A stretch of DNA of 64,000 bases from Escherichia coli. GTDB taxonomy: Bacteria; Pseudomonadota; Gammaproteobacteria; Enterobacterales; Enterobacteriaceae. Made by a program: the position numbers and the translations under genes. The stretch lies in assembly GCF_024223415.1 (NCBI RefSeq), contig NZ_CP100500.1. One strand, written 5' to 3'. Below, one piece after another: positions 38,853-49,300 of this stretch (its first letter is position 1; the number at the start of each line of letters is the position of its first letter). The notes beneath the pieces are model-generated. The model made no database searches. It was not told the DNA's origin and was given only the letters and a program-made list of their open reading frames with translations.

Positions 38853-40307
38853 TTAACCTATGGTTTTTTGCTCTCCTGTTTTTTCTGCTGTTGTACGTTT
38901 CTTTAATAAGGCGTAGGCCGCAAAGGCGACGATGACGCCGACAAACCATGAAACACGCGATAACGGTTCCATAAAGGGAATAAACTTACCGCCAAGAGAT
39001 AAAATAACGGCCACCAGAGTTACTGAAAACGCGGTGAGGTTAAAACCGTTATCGTAATATTTATAATCGCCAGGTGCGGTGTACAGTTCATCAAGATTAA
39101 TTTGCCCACGCATCACCACAAAATAATGCGCCATCATGACACCAATTACCGGACCCAGCATTCCGCCGATGATATCGAGGAACAGATAAATACTGTCCTG
39201 ATTTTCCATTAATTTCCACGGGCAGATCAGCAGGCTGATAATACTGGCAATCAGTACGCCGTTTTTATAGGTCAGTTTTGTCGGTGCAATGGCAGCAATC
39301 TAATAACCGGCCGGAATAATATTACCGGTGGCGTTAGTGGAAATGGTCGTCATCAGAATAACCAGTACCGCAAAGAACGAGGCAAACAGGCTGTCCCAAC
39401 GCTGAACAATATCCAGCACGTTCCAGGTGTCAGCGCCGTAGTGAATACTGGCTCCGGCAATAATACATACCCCAGCGACCGCAAACAGAATATAGGCCAC
39501 AACTAAACCCAGCGTTTGCCCCAGCGCTTGCTCACGAAACGAGTGGGCGTTTTGCGTAAAGTCGGATGCGCTCACCGCCGGTGCCGCCCAGACCGCAACT
39601 ACCGCATTAATCACTACCAGGAACAAGAATCCACTGTTTTCTGCTTTCTGAATACCGCTCGGAATGTAGTCAAAGATTGGACCGAGCCCGACCAGCGAAA
39701 TCGCCCAAATCGCCATACCGCCGAAAACGATATAGATGCACGGGTTAAGAATAGCAGTGAATTTATTTAAAACTTTGCCACCGCCAAAACCTATACCAAC
39801 GTTGACCAGCCAGAAGAGTAAGAAAGTAATTAAGCCCGGTAGAGAAAGGCCTAACAGAGTGAAATCACCACCGAGAGTCAAAAATCCCGGCCAGATTTTG
39901 CCAATCAGAATCAAGCAGGCCAGTGACCCCGCGTAACATTGCAGGCCAAACCACATAATGGCAGCAATACCGCCTCTTAATAATCCGGGAAACAGTGCGC
40001 CACGTACGCCGTAAGAAGCACGCAGGATCATGGCAAACGGTACGCCGTATTTACTGCCCGCAGCGCCGTTTAATACCATTACCGCGGCAATGAAAAAGGC
40101 GCTGAGGATAATTGCCAGCATAATACTAAAGGTAGACAAGCCGAGAATAAAAAAGCCGCCGACCATCACATAATTGGGAACGTTATGAACCGAACCCATC
40201 CATAAGGTAAAATAGTTAAATGTTTTCCAGGTCCGCTGGCTTTGCGTTTTCGGCAATAGATCTTCGCTATAGCCGCGTTGCTGGAATAGTTTTCTCTGAT
40301 GTTCCAT
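38853..40307 (-). pseudogene. allP: NCS1-family allantoin permease split by one in-frame TAG (39300-39302)
   Basis: ORFs 39300-40307 and 38853-39209 share one frame. The frame reads ..NIIPAGY*IAAIAPTKLTYKNG.. with no other stop, giving 485 codons in total. Confidence 0.85.
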
Positions 40308-40475
40308 AAATCCCTCTTAATTTCACGTATCGAATAACGTTGTTTTAATCTAGCTATGAGGAACAAATAAAATAAAAATATTATTTTTAATACTGAAGCA
40401 ACATCTTTGGCTGCTTTCTTTTTTAATATTGCTGGCCGATTCATTTTCTGATATCGGCCATTTTTATTGCGGGTA

Positions 40476-41354
40476 TCAGGCCAGTTTATGGTTAGCCATT
40501 AATTCCAGCGCCTGCACTAACGCAGAGTGATCCAACTGGCTGCCACCGTTTGCCGCACAGGTATTAAATAGCTCCTGGCAGGTCGCAGTGTTTGGCAGGT
40601 TCAGCGCCAGTGCTTTCGCACTTTGCAGTGCCTGGTTGAGATCTTTCTGGTGCAGCGCAATTTTGAAACCTGGATTAAAGGTGCGTTTAATCATGCGCTC
40701 ACCGTGAACTTCCAGAATACGTGAGGAAGCAAAGCCGCCCATCAGCGCCTGGCGCACGCGTACCGGGTCTGCACCGGCTTTTGAAGCAAACAGCAGAGCT
40801 TCAGAGACCGCTTCAATATTGAGCGCCACAATAATCTGATTTGCCACTTTGCAGGTTTGTCCGTCGCCGTTACCGCCCACAAGGGTGATATTTTTACCGA
40901 GCAGTTCAAATAGCGGTTTAACACGTTCAAATACCGCTTCGTCACCGCCAACCATAATTGACAACGTACCTTCACGCGCGCCGATTTCGCCGCCGGAGAC
41001 TGGCGCATCGAGATAATCACCGCCCAGTTCATTCACCTGACGAGCGAAACGTTTAGTTTCAATCGGGGAAATGGAGCTCATATCAACAATGGTTTTGCCC
41101 TTCAGCGAGGCTTTGGTACAACCATTTTCACCGAACAGAACTTCTTCAACCTGTGGTGTATCCGGCACCATAATAAAAATGATGTCCGATGCTTCCGTTA
41201 CCTGGTGCGCAGTTTCAACACTGACGGCACCCAGTGACAGTAATTCATCAGCAACCGGACCAATGGTTGTGACATGCAGTTGATGACCGGCACGCGCCAG
41301 ATTAATGGCCATCGGTGTACCCATAATGCCTAAGCCAATAAATCCCAGTTTCAT
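40476..41354 (-). CDS. glxR: tartronate semialdehyde reductase 2
   Basis: 292 aa, MKLGFIGLGIMGTPMAINL. Confidence 0.96.
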   Translation of the reverse strand: MKLGFIGLGIMGTPMAINLARAGHQLHVTTIGPVADELLSLGAVSVETAHQVTEASDIIFIMVPDTPQVEEVLFGENGCTKASLKGKTIVDMSSISPIETKRFARQVNELGGDYLDAPVSGGEIGAREGTLSIMVGGDEAVFERVKPLFELLGKNITLVGGNGDGQTCKVANQIIVALNIEAVSEALLFASKAGADPVRVRQALMGGFASSRILEVHGERMIKRTFNPGFKIALHQKDLNQALQSAKALALNLPNTATCQELFNTCAANGGSQLDHSALVQALELMANHKLA

Positions 41355-41453
41355 AATTAACCTCTTTTAAATTTTGCTTTTCCTGGATTCAGACAACACG
41401 ATCCCCTGCCAACTTAGCGGCCTAAAAAAGCATTGCCTGAATAGCGTTACGTT

Positions 41454-42230
41454 TTAACGGTACGGATCCATCCAGCGTAAACCGGCTTCCGTGGTGGTTT
41501 GGGGTTTATATTCACAACCAACCCAACCGTTGTAGTCAGAATTTTCGATTACCTTAAAGAGATAATCATAATTAATTTCTCCGGTCCCCGGTTCGCCGCG
41601 ATGCGGATTATCGGCAATTTGCAGGTGACCAATTTTATCGGCCCACTGAGTCATGGTGTTGGTTAATTCACCTTCCATCCGCTGCATGTGATAAATGTCA
41701 TACTGAATTTTCAAATTGCAGCAACCAACATCATCAATCAATTTCAGCGCCTGCCGAGTTCCGGTGAGATGGAAACCAGGAATATCAAAATGGTTAATAG
41801 GTTCAATCAGTAATAAAATATCTTCTTTCATCAGCATATTCGCGGCATAACGCAGGTTTTCTACAAGCGTTGCGTGAATCTGTTCACTGCTGAAACCAGC
41901 CGGCGTTTTACCGACCAGACAGTTAATTTTTTTATTACCCAGCGCACGGGCATAACGAATCGCTGCTGCTACGCCATCCCGAAACTCTTCTTCACGACCA
42001 GGAATACAGGCAATACCGCGCTCCCCCGCCGCCCAGTCACCCGCCGGTAAATTGTGCAGCGTATGTTCGAGTTTATTACTCGCCAGCACCTGTTTTAATT
42101 CTTCAATGTCGTAGTCATAAGGAAACATAAATTCAACGCCGCGAAAACCACACTGCGCAGCTTTCTCAAAACGGGCGAGAAAATCATATTCACCAAATAA
42201 CATCGATAAATTAGCAGAGAAACGTAACAT
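41454..42230 (-). CDS. hyi: hydroxypyruvate isomerase
   Basis: 258 aa, MLRFSANLSMLFGEYDFLARF. Confidence 0.96.
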   Translation of the reverse strand: MLRFSANLSMLFGEYDFLARFEKAAQCGFRGVEFMFPYDYDIEELKQVLASNKLEHTLHNLPAGDWAAGERGIACIPGREEEFRDGVAAAIRYARALGNKKINCLVGKTPAGFSSEQIHATLVENLRYAANMLMKEDILLLIEPINHFDIPGFHLTGTRQALKLIDDVGCCNLKIQYDIYHMQRMEGELTNTMTQWADKIGHLQIADNPHRGEPGTGEINYDYLFKVIENSDYNGWVGCEYKPQTTTEAGLRWMDPYR

Positions 42231-42242
42231 TATTTATCTCCC

Positions 42243-44024
42243 TTATTCATAGTGCATGAAGCAGGTTTCAGTCGGTGCATCCGCTGCGTTATCGGCGATA
42301 TCTTCAAATTCCATGACGTTATCCAGTTCGCTGCCCATCGAAATATTGGTCACACGCTCGAGAATAACTTCCACGACTACCGGTACCCGATATTGCGCCA
42401 TTAAGGCTTTCGCCTGTTCAAAGGCCGGTGCAATATCTTCCGGTTTGAAGACGCGAATCGCTTTACAACCTAAACCTTCCGCTACTTTTACGTGGTCGAC
42501 GCCGTAACCGTTCACTTCGCTGGAGTTGATATTCTCGAAAGCGAGTTGCACGCAGTAGTCCATGTCAAAGGCGCGTTGTGACTGACGAATCAGGCCGAGA
42601 TAGGCGTTATTCACCAGCACATGGATGTACGGAATGTTGAACTGCGCGCCAACGGCTAACTCTTCAATCAGGAACTGGAAGTCGAAGTCACCGGAAATCG
42701 CCACCACATTGCGTTTCGGATCAGCGGCACAAACCCCTAGCGCCGCCGGAATCGTCCAGCCTAACGGACCAGCCTGACCACAGTTGATCCAGTGGCGGTC
42801 TTTAAAGACATGCAGCATTTGTGCCGCAGCGATTTGTGACAGACCGATGGTGGTAACATAACAAACATCGCGACCAAAGGCTTTGTTCATCTCTTCATAC
42901 ACGCGCTGCGGTTTCACCGGCACGTTGTCGAAGTGGGTTTTGCGCAGCAAAGTGCGTTTGCGCTGCTGGCAGTCGGCGACCCATTCTTTACGACACGGCA
43001 GACGACCCGCTTTTTGCATCTCCTGCGCCACTTCAACCAGCAGTGTCAGCGCCGCTTTAGCATCAGAGACAATGCCGAGATCCGGACACAGCACGCGGCC
43101 AATTTGCGTCGGCTCAATATCGATATGAACGATTTTGCGCCCTTCGGTGTATTTCTCTACCGAACCGGTATGACGGTTAGCAAAACGGTTACCGATACCA
43201 AACACCATGTCGGACGCCAGCAGCGTTGCGTTACCGTAACGATGCGCGGTTTGCAGACCGACCATCCCGGCCATCAGTTCATGATCGTCCGGGATACAGC
43301 CCCAGCCCATCAGTGTTGGGATCACCGGAACGCTGGTCAGTTCAGCAAACTGTTGTAACAGTGCAGCTGCGTCAGCATTGATTACCCCACCCCCGGCAAC
43401 AATCACCGGACGTTCGGCCTGGATTAACATTTCTACAGCTTTTTCGATCTGCATACGGCTGGCAGCAGGTTTGTAGACCGGCAGCGGTTCGTACATGTCA
43501 GGATCAAACTCGATTTCCGCAACCTGAACGTCGAACGGTAAATCCACCAGTACCGGACCCGGACGACCAGAACGCATCAGGTGAAATGCCTGTTGCAGCA
43601 CGCGAGGCACCAGCGCCGCTTCACGAACTGTAACCGCCATTTTGCTGACCGGTTTAGCGATTGCTTCAATATCTACGGCCTGAAAATCTTCTTTATGCAG
43701 ACGGGCGCGCGGTGCCTGGCCGGTAATGCACAGAATAGGAATGGAATCAGCAGAAGCGGAATAGAGCGCGGTGATCATGTCCGTGCCCGCAGGACCGGAA
43801 GTCCCCAGACATACGCCGATATTCCCTGCCGTTGCGCGGGTATAACCTTCCGCCATGTGCGAAGCACCTTCCACATGACGCGCCAGAATGTGACGAATAC
43901 CGCCGTGCTTACGCATCGCTGAGTAGAACGGATTGATTGCAGCTCCCGGAACGCCGAAGGCGGTGGTGATACCTTCTTTCTCCAGCACATACATTGCCGC
44001 GTCAACGGCTCTCATTTTTGCCAT
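42243..44024 (-). CDS. gcl: glyoxylate carboligase
   Basis: 593 aa from [18 protein letters not shown], a ThDP enzyme. Confidence 0.96.
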
Positions 44025-44044
44025 TTTATTCCTACCTCTATTAA

Positions 44045-44061
44045 TTGGAAAAATTTTCCAA
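44045..44061. promoter_or_regulatory. AllR operator in the gcl promoter
   Basis: TTGGAAAAATTTTCCAA palindrome, 20 bp upstream of the gcl start. Confidence 0.75.
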
Positions 44062-44113
44062 CCTTCAAATTTTGTCAAAAAAACCCGCTCCGCAGAGCGG
44101 GATGCGACAGACA

Positions 44114-44929
44114 CTATGGATGTGCTTTCAGTCCCAACGCCGTGCTGATATCGCGGGCGGTGTCTCTGACCAGCTCACCCTGACTGACAAAACGATCTTC
44201 TGTCAGTCTTGATGAAGGCCCGGAGATGGAGATAGCGGCAACAACACTACCGACATCATCGTAAATTGCTGAAGCTATGCAATTCAGACCTACAACATGC
44301 TCTTCTTTATCTACGGTATAGCCCAGTTCACGCGCTTGTTCCAGGTCCTTCAGCAAGGTGAGCATATCCACAAGCGTAGTTGGCGTAAACTGCTGCAAAC
44401 CGGTTTGCAGAATGATGCTCATCAACTCCTCTTCCGCCAGCGGATAAAGCAGCGCTTTGCCCGCACCGGAAGCATGCAGTGGCAGACGACTGCCCAGTGG
44501 CGCACACATCCTGACCATCGATTTACACTCTAACTGACCAATTAATACCGCTTCATTGCCGTTACGGATCGCGACATTGACCGTTTCGCCGGAAAGTAAC
44601 ATCAGGCGGCGCATAAACGGCCCGGCGACGGAGAGGACATCGCGGTTATGGATGTACGCTGCACCGACGTTAAAGACACCTAATCCTATATGCCACCAGC
44701 CTAACTGACTGTCCTGATAGACAAAATCCGCTGCCTGTAAAACCTTCAGCAAGCGAAAGGTCGTGGAGAGCGGCAAATCCAGATTGAGAGAAATATCGCT
44801 AACCGACGAACTTCCCCCACTTTTTTCCAAATATTGCAGAATCGCAATTCCCCGCTCTAACGCCTGTGCGCCCTTCTGTGCCACAGGCTCCGCCTGTCCT
44901 GGCCTGCCGCGCCGTCTAACTTCCGTCAT
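44114..44929 (-). CDS. allR: IclR-family repressor of the allantoin regulon
   Basis: 271 aa, [27 protein letters not shown]. Confidence 0.96.
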
Positions 44930-45006
44930 ACCTACGTTAACTCCGACCTACAAGTGAGCATAAACAATGAACAATTAGTTTATCTTATGCAAGTCGGTTG
45001 CAGGCG

Positions 45007-45489
45007 TCACGCAAAACAGAGTTCCTGTTCAGGAATACTTTCAACATCACAGTTGTCACTGCCGCCGCGATCGATGGTCAGAAAATCGGTGACGCGCTGC
45101 CAGGCGAAAAGTGGGTGATGCCAGACGTTACGATGGTAATTCACTCCCTGTTCGCCGTTGGTGATAAACGCCCGCAGCGTTGACAGGTCTGGTTTGTCGT
45201 CGCCTAACGCCACGACCACCACAAACACCTCACCTTTCATCGGGATAAAGGCCTGAGTACCCAGCGGATGACGTTCGAGTTCGTGAATGGTCAGCGGCAG
45301 ATTCGCCGGTTGCGCGCGGTTAATGCTGATAAGCGTACGGTCTTGCTCAAGAATCTCAACCAGCGCCAAATCGTGGTAACGCTCCACCAGGCCATTGTTA
45401 ATATGGAAAAAATCCCGTTGCTGCGTTTCGATTACGTCGCCATAAGCACTAAAGGCTTTCTGACTTAACGGTAATACCTGAAGTTTCAT
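45007..45489 (-). CDS. allA: ureidoglycolate lyase
   Basis: 160 aa, [21 protein letters not shown]. Confidence 0.96.
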   Translation of the reverse strand: MKLQVLPLSQKAFSAYGDVIETQQRDFFHINNGLVERYHDLALVEILEQDRTLISINRAQPANLPLTIHELERHPLGTQAFIPMKGEVFVVVVALGDDKPDLSTLRAFITNGEQGVNYHRNVWHHPLFAWQRVTDFLTIDRGGSDNCDVESIPEQELCFA

Positions 45490-45594
45490 CTTTTTGTCCT
45501 TGTAACATAATTCCGTTCAACCACCGCCGACCGGTCAGCTTGGTTTCAATAACAGGCAATCTAAAACCTTAAGAGAACAACATCAACACAAAAG

Positions 45595-45611
45595 TTGGAA
45601 TATTTTTCCAA
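45595..45611. promoter_or_regulatory. AllR operator in the allA-allS intergenic region
   Basis: TTGGAATATTTTTCCAA palindrome. Confidence 0.7.
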
Positions 45612-45718
45612 AACTAGATTTAGTCCACAAATTGAACAGGGTTATCATGTAAAAATACTGATAAATCAGAGGATAAGAAAATCACGCAACTTGCGGATTT
45701 AAAAGGGGATACCTGAAG

Positions 45719-46645
45719 ATGTTCGATCCAGAAACCTTGCGGACTTTCATTGCGGTTGCTGAAACAGGAAGTTTTTCAAAAGCGGCAGAACGATTATGTA
45801 AAACCACGGCGACGATCAGTTATCGCATTAAACTTCTGGAAGAGAATACCGGAGTAGCGCTGTTTTTCCGCACGACTCGCAGCGTGACGTTGACAGCGGC
45901 TGGCGAGCATCTACTTTCCCAGGCCAGAGACTGGCTGAGCTGGCTGGAAAGTATGCCAAGCGAGCTGCAACAGGTGAATGATGGCGTGGAACGCCAGGTG
46001 AATATTGTCATCAACAACCTGCTCTATAACCCCCAGGCCGTCGCCCAGTTGCTGGCGTGGCTGAATGAGCGTTACCCCTTTACCCAGTTTCACATCTCCC
46101 GACAAATCTATATGGGCGTCTGGGACTCGCTATTGTACGAAGGTTTTTCGCTGGCTATCGGCGTCACGGGAACTGAGGCGCTGGCAAATACCTTTAGTCT
46201 TGATCCCTTAGGATCGGTGCAATGGCGATTTGTCATGGCGGCGGATCATCCGCTGGCGAACGTTGAAGAGCCGCTAACAGAAGCGCAGTTGCGGCGCTTT
46301 CCGGCGGTCAATATTGAAGACAGCGCCCGCACCTTAACCAAACGCGTCGCCTGGCGATTGCCAGGGCAAAAAGAGATTATTGTTCCTGATATGGAAACGA
46401 AAATCGCCGCCCATCTGGCGGGCGTTGGCATTGGTTTTTTGCCAAAATCGCTTTGCCAGTCAATGATCGATAATCAACAACTGGTCAGCCGGGTAATCCC
46501 AACGATGCGCCCTCCTTCGCCATTGAGTCTGGCATGGCGCAAATTTGGCAGCGGCAAAGCGGTAGAAGATATTGTGACCTTGTTTACCCAGCGCAGGCCG
46601 GAAATCAGCGGATTTTTAGAAATTTTCGGCAACCCACGCAGTTAA
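45719..46645 (+). CDS. allS: LysR-type activator of allD
   Basis: 308 aa, [24 protein letters not shown]. Confidence 0.95.
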
Positions 46646-46698
46646 AAATCAAGTTTCCTTGCGCGTTGGCGCGTAAAATAACGCGCAAGCTGATTTGA

Positions 46699-47808
<1,110 letters not shown>

Positions 47809-47923
47809 TGAGGGACGTATTTGTATTAGTCGCGACTTGATCTGACACATGGCCTTGAAAGGTTGAGAGTTACCGGTTTTGATATGAGTGTCGAATCCTT
47901 ATCCAAAACAAGAGGTAACTCTC

Positions 47924-48346
47924 ATGCTTCATACTGCCAATCCCGTCATCAAACACAAAGCCGGTTTGCTCAATCTGGCTGAAGAACTCAGCAACGTATC
48001 AAAAGCCTGTAAAATCATGGGCGTTTCGCGTGATACGTTTTATCGTTACCGCGAACTGGTCGCTGAAGGCGGTGTGGATGCGCAGATTAATCGTAGTCGC
48101 CGCGCTCCTAACCTTAAGAACCGTACCGATGAGGCAACTGAACAGGCTGTTGTTGATTACGCCGTCGCTTTCCCGACACATGGTCAGCACCGGGCCAGCA
48201 ACGAGCTGCGTAAACAGGGGGTTTTTATCTCCGACAGTGGTGTCCGTTCTGTCTGGTTACTCCATAACCTTGAGAATCTCAAAAGACGATACTGAACAAA
48301 TTTTATCAGGTGACGTTCCGTAAAAAGTTGTATGGAGTTCTCGATG
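47924..48346 (+). pseudogene. ylbG: IS481-family transposase remnant: N-terminal HTH part, then an internal deletion and a short C-terminal piece
   Basis: MLHTANPVIKHKAGLLNLAEELSNVSKACKIMGVSRDTFYRYR... stops at 48295. FYQVTFRKKLYGVLDA (48299-48346) resembles a segment from far downstream in full-length transposases. Confidence 0.65.
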
Positions 48347-48349
48347 CAG

Positions 48350-48443
48350 TCGGCGCGACTATCAGTACCCCCGCTGAACCCTGGACTATCGGGCCGCCGT
48401 ACTGGGGCATGTCACCCTGGCGTGCCGCTGGTTTTCCGCTAAT
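48350..48443 (-). pseudogene. diverged orphan 5' fragment of an rhs gene (PAAR-like N-terminus) with ATG changed to ATT
   Basis: The reverse complement encodes ISGKPAARQGDMPQYGGPIVQGSAG. It is about 80 percent identical in DNA to 53425-53521, the start of the main rhs gene. Confidence 0.75.
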
Positions 48444-48809
48444 GGTTTATTTCCTCTTTCTTTCCCGGCAAGAATTTATTTTAATCCGGAAGGATTATTT
48501 ATTTTCAGATAGGGACTCACATTAAACACGTAACATTTTAATTAATGCATGGCTGAATATGTATTACACAATGTCAGATATCGTAAAAGACCAGTGCAAT
48601 TCTATGTAAACTCTCTGACTGTTTATTTTATTTGTTGTTTCAGGGTCGGAACTCACCCTCAATAAACAACTGAATACGAGTAGATATTCATCGTCTGAGC
48701 TATATGGCTTTACACAATAGCCGACATGTCTTTTCTCAGTCAGAAATTTTACTTTTCCTCACTACGAAGTTGACGACTTCGATATGGGATAGACTCTTAA
48801 TTCAAGCAA

Positions 48810-49007
48810 TTACTCTGCACAAGCATCAGGCAATCCAGCTCCAATATTTGTTATAAAATAATGCGTAACATTAATTTCACCAACAAAAAAAAGGTTTACG
48901 CTATCCCCTTGCCCTGGTATTTTACCATATTTACACCACACTTTTTTTGTATCTGGATCATTCTCTGATACGATTTTCGCCACTTGTTCCCTGGCCCTCA
49001 CTGTCAA
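48810..49007 (-). CDS. hypothetical 65-aa ORF (TTG start), possibly the frameshifted 3' part of the immunity gene
   Basis: AT-rich. Its frame stays open upstream into the 86-aa ORF as far as the T7/A7 tract. Confidence 0.35.
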   Translation of the reverse strand: MTVRAREQVAKIVSENDPDTKKVWCKYGKIPGQGDSVNLFFVGEINVTHYFITNIGAGLPDACAE

Positions 49008-49039
49008 TGTTTTCTTAAACCTACCCCCATCATCATTTG

Positions 49040-49300
49040 TTAGGGAAAAATAAGAAAAAAATAATCATCTTCTACATTTGTGTATATTGATATATCCACC
49101 GCTACGTGCGGAAAAAAATCTGGGAGCCATGTAAAAACTCCATCATTTTCTGGTATTGCCATATAGTTTATGTAATGTTTACTTACAAGAGATTCATCTT
49201 TGTATAAATAAAGATAAGTAATTACGCATAAAACAACAATGATTATAATAGCAAAAATAAATATTATCATCTTTGATAGATTACTTGAGATAGCCAGCAT
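49040..49300 (-). CDS. candidate Rhs immunity protein, small membrane-anchored
   Basis: 86 aa with N-terminal [24 protein letters not shown]. Overlaps the rhs stop by 20 nt. AT-rich like the toxin tip. Confidence 0.55.
   Translation of the reverse strand: MLAISSNLSKMIIFIFAIIIIVVLCVITYLYLYKDESLVSKHYINYMAIPENDGVFTWLPDFFPHVAVDISIYTNVEDDYFFLIFP

Noticed and set aside
613-39302. Two independent in-frame TAG codons (intD and allP) as a sign of an amber-suppressor background or recoding
   Set aside because: Two events in 64 kb are compatible with ordinary pseudogenisation. Other genes in the window use TAG, TAA and TGA normally as terminators. The idea is untestable without the tRNA complement of the genome.
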